A DNA stretch of 64,000 nt from assembly GCA_964609095.1 (NCBI GenBank), contig CAZSQN010000002.1, positions 152,066 through 216,065 of the forward strand. Direction: 5' to 3'. This document shows positions 1 through 9,058 of this stretch, one piece after another. Below the pieces are notes generated by a model that had not been told where the DNA came from, searched no databases, and saw nothing but the letters and a program-made list of their open reading frames with translations. The DNA comes from an uncultured Gammaproteobacteria bacterium. GTDB lineage: Bacteria; Patescibacteriota; Patescibacteriia; CAZSQN01. Both the position numbers and the translations under genes were made by a program. Each line of letters begins with the position of its first letter. Position 1 is the stretch's first letter.

Positions 1-457
1 CATCGCCCGAAATCTGCCGGCGGCGCTCCGACCCCGCCGCCTGTTTTTGTCCCAATTCCCGAGCTTCTATATATATAGGAGCATGGCCGGAGGAGCTGAC
101 GCGCCGCAATTTCTCCTCATATCGTTTTTCAGAAACAATATATTTCGGCTTTACCTTCTGCAGCTCTAACCGCAAGGACTCATCCGAAATATTGGGGGGG
201 ATGAGCAGAGCCGCGGTTCCGGCTTTAAGAACGCCAAAATAGCTCCAAATAAATTCCGGGGAATTCTGCAATAAAATCGCCACCGCCTCGCCCTTATCGG
301 CGTTGGCGGCAAAAAAACCGGCCAGCCGATCGCTCCTTTCGCCTATCTGCCCGTAAGTATATTCCTGATTCTCAAAAATCAGGGCGGTTTTATGAGGAAT
401 GCGCTCGGCCGCCTTATCAAGAAAATCGCAAATTGTGCCGTATGAATCAGAATTCAT
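1..457 (-). CDS. AMP-dependent synthetase/ligase (adenylate-forming enzyme), 5' part only; gene runs off window start
   Basis: Reverse-strand translation from ATG at 457 gives MNSDSYGTICDFLDKAAERIPHKTALIFENQEYTYGQIGERSDRLAGFF, typical N-terminus of acyl/aminoacyl-AMP ligases. Its ATG overlaps the ACP stop (ATGA). Not in the ORF track because it is truncated. Confidence 0.5.
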   Translation of the reverse strand, partial: MNSDSYGTICDFLDKAAERIPHKTALIFENQEYTYGQIGERSDRLAGFFAANADKGEAVAILLQNSPEFIWSYFGVLKAGTAALLIPPNISDESLRLELQKVKPKYIVSEKRYEEKLRRVSSSGHAPIYIEARELGQKQAAGSERRRQISGD

Positions 458-708
458 TGTATATTTTTCTTCTTTTTAAGAAGGTCAACGAACCCCTGCG
501 GCGTTTCCACGTCGACAATTTCGCCAATCTCAAAACGCACGCCAAAAACATTCTCCATTTCCGAAACCAATTGCATATGCGCGAGCGAATCCCAATTTTC
601 AAACTCGCGCCTCAATGTGCCCAAACTGAATTTATCTTCGGACAGATTCTGAAAAATCTCAAAAAATATTTTCTTGACTCCGTCTTCTATTTGCATATTA
701 TCAGACAT
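454..708 (-). CDS. acyl carrier protein
   Basis: 84 aa with DSLAHMQLV phosphopantetheine-attachment motif (DSL). Sits next to AcpS. Confidence 0.8.
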   Translation of the reverse strand: MSDNMQIEDGVKKIFFEIFQNLSEDKFSLGTLRREFENWDSLAHMQLVSEMENVFGVRFEIGEIVDVETPQGFVDLLKKKKNIQ

Positions 709-1078
709 ATTTTTTTAAAGTCAGGCAAAATGCCTGCGCGTATTCTTTAGTATGGCTTAAACTTATGATGGTTTTATATTTTTTATTTATTTTCTTATCC
801 AAATAGCGGACCGAGGGCGAACCGTCGGGATGGCTGCCGATTTCTATCCGGTTAAATCTTAAATTCTCCTTAACGCTTTTACGAACCGCTTCTTTGGCGG
901 CAAAACGCGCCGCCAAAGTTTGCGCCCGATTAGCGCGTCCGGAAACAAATTTCAGCTCGCGCGCGGTAAATATGTTTTTTGCCAATCTGCTCTCCGCCTT
1001 AAAATCAACAAATCTCGCCACTTCCTCCAAATCAGTTCCCAAGGAGACGTTATTAAAATCAAATTCCGCGGACTTCAT
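701..1078 (-). CDS. acpS: holo-ACP synthase (4'-phosphopantetheinyl transferase)
   Basis: GTDLEEVARF and FAAKEAVRK motifs typical of AcpS. Start taken at internal Met (MKSAEF) because the longer ORF overlaps the upstream gene. Confidence 0.7.
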   Translation of the reverse strand: MKSAEFDFNNVSLGTDLEEVARFVDFKAESRLAKNIFTARELKFVSGRANRAQTLAARFAAKEAVRKSVKENLRFNRIEIGSHPDGSPSVRYLDKKINKKYKTIISLSHTKEYAQAFCLTLKKYV

Positions 1079-1080
1079 AA

Positions 1081-2139
1081 TTAAAAAGACAAAGAAACGG
1101 GCAGATTTCCGTTTTTTAACGACTGGTCGCACGCTTCCAAAATCTTAACCGTTTCGTATCCATGATAGCCGTCAATGATTGACGGGAGCGGCTCTTTTAT
1201 TCTTTTTAAGAAATGCTCCAGAGCGCCTTTAAGCGCTTCTTCCTCGTCAAGTTTGGGAATATAAACATCGCCCCGGCGATAAAAAGGCATGGCCGGAGTT
1301 TCTTTGGAAAAATCAAGTTCGGCGCCGCTGTCATGCACTCTTACTTTTTCCGAAACCTCAATATCGTCATAAACAACCATTTTTTTATCTCCGCCGAGCA
1401 GGATTTTGCGCATTTTAACCGGCGAAAGCCAGCTTGTATGAATATGCGCCAAAAATCCCGAAGGATAATCAAGCATCATGTGGGCTACCTCCTCCACGCG
1501 CGTGGAATTTGCCGTAACATACGATTTGCCAATGGCCGTAACGCGATTCGGCCGCTCGGCCGTCAGATAATTTAAAATGGAAACATCATGAGCGGCCAGA
1601 TCGTAAATCACGTTGACATCGCTTTGGATTAAGCCGAGATTGATCCGCGAAGAATCAAAATACCTTAAACGGCCAAGTTCTCCGATGTCAATCAATTCCT
1701 TGATTTTTCTGACGGCGCCGGTAAAAAGAAAAGTATGGTCAACGGCTAAAATCAGATTTTTTTCTTTGGCCAGCTCGTGAAGCGCGAGCGCGTCCGCCGA
1801 ACTTATCGCCAGCGGCTTTTCAACAAAACAATGCTTGCCCGAAGAAAGCGCGGCGCGGACAATTTCAAAATGAGAGCTCGGGGGCGTAGCTACGAGCACG
1901 GCTTCAATTTCGGCGTCGGCAATTACTTCCTGCCAATCGCCGCTCGCGCGCAAATGAGGATAATGGGCGCGCATCCATTCAACCCTTGACGGATCGCGGT
2001 CGCAGATAATCTGGAGCGCGCCGTCCTTTTGCGCCAGCGCGTTTCGCGCCAGATTTTTGCCCCAATAACCGGCTCCTATTAAAGCAAGACGAAGCATAGA
2101 AACGTTAAATAACTTACCAAAAAAATCTCTCCGCGTCAA
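1081..2139 (-). CDS. Gfo/Idh/MocA family NAD(P)-dependent sugar oxidoreductase
   Basis: N-terminal Rossmann LALIGAGYWGKN. Family is typical of UDP-sugar 3-dehydrogenases in glycan loci. Start may instead be the Met at 2097. Confidence 0.75.
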   Translation of the reverse strand: MTRRDFFGKLFNVSMLRLALIGAGYWGKNLARNALAQKDGALQIICDRDPSRVEWMRAHYPHLRASGDWQEVIADAEIEAVLVATPPSSHFEIVRAALSSGKHCFVEKPLAISSADALALHELAKEKNLILAVDHTFLFTGAVRKIKELIDIGELGRLRYFDSSRINLGLIQSDVNVIYDLAAHDVSILNYLTAERPNRVTAIGKSYVTANSTRVEEVAHMMLDYPSGFLAHIHTSWLSPVKMRKILLGGDKKMVVYDDIEVSEKVRVHDSGAELDFSKETPAMPFYRRGDVYIPKLDEEEALKGALEHFLKRIKEPLPSIIDGYHGYETVKILEACDQSLKNGNLPVSLSF

Positions 2140-3536
2140 CCGTTCTTTCGGCGCGCAAAGACGGAAAATCCGTATCCGGCTAAAATAAAGATGAAAGGAT
2201 TAACGGGGTAACGAAAACGCGAATAGCTGCCTATGCCGCTTCCAAGCGCGAAATAAAAAATTACCGCCGCAAAAAGGAGAGTGAGGGAAAACGCCCGTTT
2301 TTTAACTAAGGCCGTTGCCAATCCTAAAACCATAAAAGCCGTAATCGTAAGCCAGATTAGTTTGCCTCCCCAAAAAACAGCCGCGCCCAATCCGATTCTT
2401 CCTCTTAAAAATGAAAGCAGTTGGACGGGATTGCCGTTCCAGTCCGTAATGACGCGGGACGCGGATAAATCCGGAAAGATAACGGAAAGTGAAATTTGCA
2501 GCCCGTCTCCCAAAAAAAACGGAATAAAACTCGCCGAAATAATCTTTATAAAAGTTAAAGGATATTTTCTTATATAAATCCCGGCCAGCCGTTTTTCCGC
2601 TTCCGACGACAAAAGCTGGTTGGAGCTTTTAAGGTTTACGGCATCGGCCGCGAGCCGCTTCATCTCCTCCGTCATAGGCGCGTCCGGCAGAGCCGCGCGG
2701 ATAGCCGCGCCGTACTTGCCCATGCCCACATCGCCGGAGGCCGATGACATATCCGCGACTCCGAACAAAAATCTATTGCGAAGATACCACGGCGCCAAAA
2801 GCGCGGCTCCGGTTATAAAAAATACCAGACAGGCAAGCAAAGCCCGCGAAAATTTTATTTTTTTTATAATCGCCAAAAAAATTAAAAGCAGGACGGCGAG
2901 CGGCGGCAGAAGATAGGTTGAAACAGGCCGGATGTAAGCGCTGGCGGCAAGAAAGGCCGCCGCCAGCGTCAAATGGCGATAGCGAAAATCGTCCAGCGCT
3001 TTCCCAAGAAAATAAACGGCAAAAAAAAGCAGGGTTGCAAACAAGGTTTCGGAAAGAAGCTGGTTGTTCCAATAGATTCCGGTGGGGTCAAAGGAAAAAA
3101 GCGCGGCGGCCGCGAGCCCGGCAATTTTCCCGAATTTCAAACCCAATCTGTAAATAAATACGGCCAAAAAACCGGCGATTATATTCTGCGCCAATATCAC
3201 GGCCGCGATCGCGCCGGTGGCGCCGTAAAAAATGCTGACAAATAACGGATAGCCGGGCGTGCGAAAAGCGTCAGGAGCAAACGGCTCCGCCGCGCTTATG
3301 GAAAAAACGCCGCGGCGCAATAAATTTATGGCCAGCCGCAGATAGCCCTCGCTATCGTCGTTTATCGGCGGGGCAAAACCGATTTCTCCGTATCTCCAAA
3401 ATATCAGATGAAAAAATACCAATCTGGCCGCAAAAGCAAGGCAAAAAATAATAATCTCCGTCCGATGATTCCGAACAAACAGCCGTCCGGCAAGCAAAAA
3501 TCTAACGCAAAAAATTTTTAATTTAACTACACACAT
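2136..3536 (-). CDS. polytopic membrane glycosyltransferase, GT39/PMT_2 (ArnT-like) family
   Basis: Multi-TM protein with RTPGYPLF and DDSEGY motifs seen in PMT_2/ArnT-type transferases. The first 7 codons of the tool ORF (MCWIKQF) are an in-frame readthrough of the upstream repeat, so start set at the second Met. Confidence 0.5.
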   Translation of the reverse strand: MCVVKLKIFCVRFLLAGRLFVRNHRTEIIIFCLAFAARLVFFHLIFWRYGEIGFAPPINDDSEGYLRLAINLLRRGVFSISAAEPFAPDAFRTPGYPLFVSIFYGATGAIAAVILAQNIIAGFLAVFIYRLGLKFGKIAGLAAAALFSFDPTGIYWNNQLLSETLFATLLFFAVYFLGKALDDFRYRHLTLAAAFLAASAYIRPVSTYLLPPLAVLLLIFLAIIKKIKFSRALLACLVFFITGAALLAPWYLRNRFLFGVADMSSASGDVGMGKYGAAIRAALPDAPMTEEMKRLAADAVNLKSSNQLLSSEAEKRLAGIYIRKYPLTFIKIISASFIPFFLGDGLQISLSVIFPDLSASRVITDWNGNPVQLLSFLRGRIGLGAAVFWGGKLIWLTITAFMVLGLATALVKKRAFSLTLLFAAVIFYFALGSGIGSYSRFRYPVNPFIFILAGYGFSVFARRKNG

Positions 3537-3550
3537 AAATTGTTTAATCC

Positions 3551-3594
3551 AGCACATAACATAACATAATTTATGTTATGTTATGTGCTGGATT
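3551..3594. repeat. near-perfect 21-bp-arm hairpin (ccagcacataacataacataa / ttatgttatgttatgtgctgg)
   Basis: Inverted repeat seen directly. Variant of the CCCCGCACATAA unit. Overlaps the stop codon of the GT4 gene at 3581. Confidence 0.7.
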
Positions 3595-4738
3595 TAGCCC
3601 ACTCCCCAATTATATACCGGCCGCGAGATAGCCAAGAATATTTTTCCGCAATAGCCCTCCCTGCCCCGCCATAACGGCGGCGTAAATCTTCATTGTCAAG
3701 AAGAAGACGCAGAGCGCGCCCCATTGCCGCGGCGTCTCCCGCCGGAACAAGGCAAGCGGATTCGGCATTCACCACTTCGCGCACCGAAGGCAAATCAGTG
3801 GCAATCACCGGCCTGCCGCTGGCCAAGTATTCAAATAGCTTAAGCGGAGAAGTCCAGCGCAAAAAAAACGCTGAAGATGCGGGCGTTGGCATTAAAAGCG
3901 CGTCCGCGGCCGCGAGCCAGTCGGGGATTTCCGCGTATGGCCTCTGGCCGGCAAAAATAACAGCGCCGGACGGAAGCCCCAAATCGTTTAAATATTGTTT
4001 ATAAGCGGCTATAGCGCTCTCCGGCCCGCCGACTATGGCCAGAACAATATTTTTATTCCCATTCTTATACGCCTGCCCAAACGCTTCCAGCATCAGATAG
4101 ATGCCTTTTTCCATACCCATGGCCTCTAACCTGCCGACATACATGGCTATTTTCGCTTCAACCGGCAAAGAAAGTTTTTTCCGCGCTTCTTCTTGGCTCA
4201 AAGACGAGCTAAAACGTCTTAAGTCCGCTCCGTCGTGGGCGACAATTATTCTGGCCCCGCTCCTTAAAAACGGTTTGGCGTCTTGCGCCAAGGCGGCGGT
4301 TGTGGCGACCACTAACGATTTGGCATTAATAAATCTCAGCCATTTCCCGTAGGAAGGCAAACGGTGCAGTTCTAAGATAAACGGCTTTTGAAATAAGCTG
4401 AAAATCAAAGCCAGCCACTCGTCGCGCAGATATAAAATATCAGCGCGAGCGCGCCGCGACGCCAAAAGCGCGCCCGCGGCAAAACTTAATCCTTCAAGCG
4501 CCAAAGTAAAGATATTCGGGAAACGGCTTAAAAAATCAATGACCGGCAAGGTCTGCCACTTAAATGTCTGCTTAAAACCATAGGCGGAAAAAGGGTCGCC
4601 GCCATTTCCCCACCGTCTCGGGCTTACAAGCAAAACCTCGTGCCCCTGCTCCGCCAAGGCCGAGCACATTGACATAATTTGTATTCCATGCGCTTTTTCC
4701 GTCGGAAGCCGCGCGTTTACGGCATAAAATATTTTCAT
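3581..4738 (-). CDS. glycosyltransferase family 4
   Basis: GT4-like N-terminus MKIFYAV and C-terminal Glycos_transf_1-like region. Tool ORF prefix MRG is a repeat readthrough; real ATG at 4738 is immediately preceded by TTATGTGCGGGGT. Confidence 0.75.
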   Translation of the reverse strand: MKIFYAVNARLPTEKAHGIQIMSMCSALAEQGHEVLLVSPRRWGNGGDPFSAYGFKQTFKWQTLPVIDFLSRFPNIFTLALEGLSFAAGALLASRRARADILYLRDEWLALIFSLFQKPFILELHRLPSYGKWLRFINAKSLVVATTAALAQDAKPFLRSGARIIVAHDGADLRRFSSSLSQEEARKKLSLPVEAKIAMYVGRLEAMGMEKGIYLMLEAFGQAYKNGNKNIVLAIVGGPESAIAAYKQYLNDLGLPSGAVIFAGQRPYAEIPDWLAAADALLMPTPASSAFFLRWTSPLKLFEYLASGRPVIATDLPSVREVVNAESACLVPAGDAAAMGRALRLLLDNEDLRRRYGGAGRAIAEKYSWLSRGRYIIGEWAKSST

Positions 4739-4739
4739 A

Positions 4740-4835
4740 CCCCGCACATAAATCTATTTAATAATTAAATAGATGACATTATAATTTTTTTATTTTCCCG
4801 CATCCTATTCGTACTAAATAAATTTATGTGCGGGG
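4740..4835. repeat. 96-bp intergenic cassette bounded by 12-bp inverted repeats CCCCGCACATAA...TTATGTGCGGGG, containing a TATAAT box
   Basis: Seen directly. About 80% identical to the copy at 59068-59167. On the minus strand the TAA of its 5' arm is the asnB stop codon and its 3' arm is followed by T then the ATG of the next gene. Confidence 0.75.
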
Positions 4836-6674
4836 TTTCAAATATAAATTATGCCAGACCTGAAATGTCATCAGCGCCCAGATTGTGTTCAAACCGTAAA
4901 CTCTCATTTCCTTATGGTCATCCAAGATTTTAGAAATCGCCGCAAAATCAAAATACGCGTCCGTGCCGGCAGTATATGACGGACTCAAAATTTCTCCGGC
5001 AAACTGATATAATTCCCCTCTTATCCATTTGGCGGCGGGAGAAAAAAATCCCCGTTTTTTTTCTTTAGCCACGAAATCCGGAATCAGGCCGCCGATGGCT
5101 TGACGAAATATCTTTTTACCCAATATCCGCGATTCCAGCTTGTATTTTGACGGGATAGAAAAAGCAAGCTCCGCGAGCCGATAGTCCAATATCGGCACGC
5201 GCTCTTCAAGCGCGAAAGCCATAGACAGCTTGTCTGAACGGATAAGCGACTCGTCAGTAAGCCATGTTTTCACATCCGCCATCATCATCTGATTGGTAAA
5301 ATCTTTTTCTATGTTTTCAAAATATGGAGCAAATGCCCGCGCGGCGGCTTCGGGGCGGCTAACGTCTTTCTTTAAAAATTTTCCGACTTTTTCTTCTTTC
5401 TGCGCCATAAAAGAAAAAAACCTGTCCAAGCCCTGTTTTGCCTGAACCTTTTCCAAAAACGTCGTTCTGCCGGTAATGTTTCCCAAAAATGAAAGCAGCA
5501 TGGGATTAAGAAGCGGCGCCGGCAAAGACCCGATCTTATCAATGACCGAATTATAATAATATCTGTCATAGCCGCCGAAAAGCTCGTCGCCGCCGTCTCC
5601 GCCTAAAACAACATCAACCTTCTTTTTGGCAAACTGCGAAAGCAGATAGGTGGCCGGCTGAATGTGGTTGCTTACCGGCTCATCCATATGATAAATAACT
5701 TTTTCAAAACAATCCCGCGTGCCATTCGCGGAAATTTTTAAAGAATAGTGGTCGGTTCCAAAATGTTTGGCGATTCTCTCCGCCAGATAAAAATCGGCGT
5801 TGTATCTTTCCTCCTGAATGTCAATATCAAAGCCGACCGAAAATGTTTTAATCTTTCCGGGAATTATTTCCGCCATCGCGCCCAACACCGCGGTAGAATC
5901 AATGCCGCCGGAAAGAAAAACGCCCAAAGGACGGTCCGAAATCAGCTGTCTTTTAACCGCGTCCCTGAAAAGAGCAAGAATCTGCTCTTGCGCCTCGCCT
6001 CTCCCAAGCTCTTTTCCGCTTTTTAACTCCCAATACGGAGCCGTCTTCAAATCCCCATTTTTCAAAACCGCGAAATTGCCGGCGGGCAATTTAAAAATAT
6101 TTTTCCAGATAGTTTTGGGCGCGGGAACGTAAAGAAAGCGGAAATAAACGTTTAAGGAATCCAAATCAATTTCTCGCGGCACATTATGGCGAAGAATGGC
6201 TTTTATCTCGGAAGCAAAAATAAATTTCTTTCCGTCCCAGTAATAATAAAGCGGCTTTACTCCCAGATGGTCGCGCGCCAAAAAAAGCTCATTTCGTTCT
6301 TTGTCCCAAACGGCAAACGCGAAAATGCCGTTTAATTTTTTTATTGATTCTTTGCCCCACTCCGCGTAAGCGGCGAGCAATGCTTCCGTATCGCTTTTGG
6401 ATTTAAACGAATGTCCTTTTTTCTCTAATTCCTCTTTCAATTCCTGAAAATTGTAAATCTCGCCGTTAAAAGTGATAGTATATCGCCCGTTCGCGTAACT
6501 CATCGGCTGATGCCCCAGAGGCGAGAGGTCAATAATGGAAAGACGGTTATGACCCAAAGAAATTCCGGGCGCGCTAAAAGTTCCGGCGTCGTCAGGCCCG
6601 CGGTGATTTTGAATCGCAATCATCGCTTTTAATTTTTCTTCATCCTGAAAATTAAATCCGGAAATTCCACACAT
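4824..6674 (-). CDS. asnB: asparagine synthase (glutamine-hydrolysing), AsnB/WbpS-type amidotransferase
   Basis: MCGI N-terminal Cys nucleophile and SGGIDS PP-loop. Confidence 0.85.
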   Translation of the reverse strand: MCGISGFNFQDEEKLKAMIAIQNHRGPDDAGTFSAPGISLGHNRLSIIDLSPLGHQPMSYANGRYTITFNGEIYNFQELKEELEKKGHSFKSKSDTEALLAAYAEWGKESIKKLNGIFAFAVWDKERNELFLARDHLGVKPLYYYWDGKKFIFASEIKAILRHNVPREIDLDSLNVYFRFLYVPAPKTIWKNIFKLPAGNFAVLKNGDLKTAPYWELKSGKELGRGEAQEQILALFRDAVKRQLISDRPLGVFLSGGIDSTAVLGAMAEIIPGKIKTFSVGFDIDIQEERYNADFYLAERIAKHFGTDHYSLKISANGTRDCFEKVIYHMDEPVSNHIQPATYLLSQFAKKKVDVVLGGDGGDELFGGYDRYYYNSVIDKIGSLPAPLLNPMLLSFLGNITGRTTFLEKVQAKQGLDRFFSFMAQKEEKVGKFLKKDVSRPEAAARAFAPYFENIEKDFTNQMMMADVKTWLTDESLIRSDKLSMAFALEERVPILDYRLAELAFSIPSKYKLESRILGKKIFRQAIGGLIPDFVAKEKKRGFFSPAAKWIRGELYQFAGEILSPSYTAGTDAYFDFAAISKILDDHKEMRVYGLNTIWALMTFQVWHNLYLKPRT

Positions 6675-6854
6675 AATACAAATATATTGACTTTTTAATC
6701 TGTAACAATTAGCAGGGGGAACAAATTTTTTGCAGACGTTGCTGTCCGAGGCAAGCCGAGAAGCCCGGCGTTAGATTAAGGATGAGGGCTTCGAGGCCGG
6801 TCGAGCGTCAGCGAGAGCCAAGTTCAATGGCAAAAAAATTTGATTCCACGAGCG

Positions 6855-7997
6855 CTAAAAGCTTGTAATGGCTTTCGCGACCGCAAGAGTTACGTTCTTA
6901 TCAAAGATGTTCGGCAAAATCATGTCGGTTTTGGGTTCTGCCACGCAGGCGGCCAGATTCTCCGCCGCCGCTATAAGCATTTCATCAGTGATTTGTTTAA
7001 TTCCGTTATCCAGCGCGCCCCTGAAAATGCCGGGGAAAGCTAAAACATTGTTTAGTTGATTGGGGAAATCCGACCGCCCGGTAGCAACAATAGCCGCGCC
7101 GGCTTCTTTCGCCAAGTCCGGCATTATTTCCGGAACGGGATTGGCCAGAGCAAAAATAACCGGCTCTTTGTTCATTTTCTTAATCATTTCTCCGCTTAAC
7201 GCTCCGGCTTTGCTCACGCCGACAAAAACATCCGCTCCAGAAAGTACCGCGCCCAAATTGCCGGAAACGCGGCCGAGATTGGTTATCTTCGCCATTTCCT
7301 TCTTAGATTCGTTTAAATCCGCGCGGCCTTCATATATAGGGCCTTTGCTGTCGCACAAAATCAAATTTTTAAAACCGTATTTTAAAAGCAGTTTAGAGAC
7401 GGCGATGCCGGCCGCTCCGGCTCCATTCATAACAATCTTCACATTTTCTTTGGAAACGGCTTTGACCTTCAAAGCATTTATCAACGCGGCCAAAACAACG
7501 GTCGCCGTGCCATGCTGGTCATCATGCATAACCGGAATATCCAGCTCTGTTTTCAGCCGCTCTTCAATTTCAAAACAGCGCGGCGCGGAAATATCTTCCA
7601 AATTAATGCCGCCAAAAACAGGCGCGATATATTTGACCGCTTTGATTATTTCTTCCGCGTCCTGCGTGTCCAGACAAATGGGAAAGGCGTCTATATTGGC
7701 AAATTCCTTAAACAGCGCGGCTTTGCCTTCCATCACGGGAATGGCCGCTTCCGGGCCCAGATTGCCCAGTCCCAAAATGGCCGAGCCGTCCGACACCACC
7801 GCCACCGTGTTCTTTTTAATCGTGTATTCGTAAGCCAAATTTTTATCTCTGCCTATTTCCGCGCTCACGGCTCCCACACCCGGAGTATAAGCCAGAGACA
7901 AATCCGCCTTATTTTTAATAAGAACTTTGTTCGCGATTTCTATTTTGCCTCTATGCTTTTTGTGCAGTTCCAATGAATCCAAATAAACTTTGTCCAT
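6855..7997 (-). CDS. NAD(P)-dependent malic enzyme (short form)
   Basis: 380 aa with malic-enzyme signatures (AYTPGVG, GAGAAG NAD-binding). Confidence 0.8.
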   Translation of the reverse strand: MDKVYLDSLELHKKHRGKIEIANKVLIKNKADLSLAYTPGVGAVSAEIGRDKNLAYEYTIKKNTVAVVSDGSAILGLGNLGPEAAIPVMEGKAALFKEFANIDAFPICLDTQDAEEIIKAVKYIAPVFGGINLEDISAPRCFEIEERLKTELDIPVMHDDQHGTATVVLAALINALKVKAVSKENVKIVMNGAGAAGIAVSKLLLKYGFKNLILCDSKGPIYEGRADLNESKKEMAKITNLGRVSGNLGAVLSGADVFVGVSKAGALSGEMIKKMNKEPVIFALANPVPEIMPDLAKEAGAAIVATGRSDFPNQLNNVLAFPGIFRGALDNGIKQITDEMLIAAAENLAACVAEPKTDMILPNIFDKNVTLAVAKAITSF

Positions 7998-8041
7998 GTA
8001 TCAGAATTATGAATTAAAAATCAAGAATTATGAATAAAAAT

Positions 8042-9058
8042 CTAATTTCCAGCTCGGATATATTTTCCCATTTTTTCCACCAAACCGCTCAAGCTGTGAT
8101 TTTCCCTCACTATTTTTTTAAGATATTCGCCGTCCTCTGTTTTCATATCTTTTATATAAGCCGCCACTTCTTCCGGCGAATCATCTTTTGGTGCATTGGG
8201 AAACCCTATGGCTTTGGCGTGTCCTGGAGTTACAATCGGTGTTGCGCCGCAATACATCGCCTCAAGCACTGTTTTATCAATCGTATCCGGAACCATATTT
8301 ATCAGCACGCGATAACGGGGATAAATTTTTTTAAGTTCGGGCATCGGCACCGAACCCATAAAACGGACGCGGCCTTTTAGTTCCGGCAAATCCGCCAATT
8401 TTTTAATCTCGGCTTCATATTCGGGGTCTATTCTCGGATCCAGCGGGCGCCCGTAATGGGTAAGCGTGTATTCTTTTGGCAGAAGCGCCAGCGCTTTTAA
8501 GACAATATCTATTCTTTTTGATTTGGAGATCCGATGAACCGCCAATAGATTCGTCATCGGTTCGCGGAGATTCTCCGCCGCCTCCGGAACATTCCAAAAA
8601 TCTGTGTCAATCCCATGTCCGGTCACAACTTTGCGAGAATTCCCATTATATTGCGGCAGGCAGTCATTTGTGGCCGCAAACATCCGTTTAACTATCTTAT
8701 CGCCGATTTTTAAGGAAAGCGGGCGCGTGTAATGCGTATACCAAAGATATGTCGGGATGCGGCGCAAAGCCCAATACCATGCTCCGGCAGCCAACCACCT
8801 CGGATTCATATGCGCGAACACGCGGTCGTGCGGAACGGTTAAAATCAATTTCTGGAATCGCAAAAAAGCGCGCCAGTTAGGCAGCCCTTCTTCTTTGCCC
8901 AGAGAATAAACAGGAAACGGAAGAGAGTGCTTGCCTTTTTCCAGACAAATCACTGTTACCTCAAATCCTTGGCGCGCAAATTCCTTGGCCCATAAAGACG
9001 TAAAGGCAAAGTCGTCATCATCCTCTTTTATTTTTGGAGTAATAAAAAGCAGCCGCAT
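8042..9058 (-). CDS. glycosyltransferase (GT4-like)
   Basis: C-terminal Glycos_transf_1-like segment (VLEAMYCGATPIV). Confidence 0.6.
   Translation of the reverse strand: MRLLFITPKIKEDDDDFAFTSLWAKEFARQGFEVTVICLEKGKHSLPFPVYSLGKEEGLPNWRAFLRFQKLILTVPHDRVFAHMNPRWLAAGAWYWALRRIPTYLWYTHYTRPLSLKIGDKIVKRMFAATNDCLPQYNGNSRKVVTGHGIDTDFWNVPEAAENLREPMTNLLAVHRISKSKRIDIVLKALALLPKEYTLTHYGRPLDPRIDPEYEAEIKKLADLPELKGRVRFMGSVPMPELKKIYPRYRVLINMVPDTIDKTVLEAMYCGATPIVTPGHAKAIGFPNAPKDDSPEEVAAYIKDMKTEDGEYLKKIVRENHSLSGLVEKMGKYIRAGN

Noticed and set aside
1081-2139. Twin-arginine signal on the Gfo/Idh/MocA oxidoreductase (MTRRDFF N-terminus)
   Set aside because: The RR motif is followed directly by the Rossmann GAGYWG segment with no intervening hydrophobic h-region and no signal-peptidase site, so export is unlikely. 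May simply reflect an upstream alternative start.
7060-7833. 257-aa plus-strand ORF
   Set aside because: Fully antisense to the well-supported malic enzyme gene; low-complexity Ala/Ser/Pro-rich translation typical of antisense frames.
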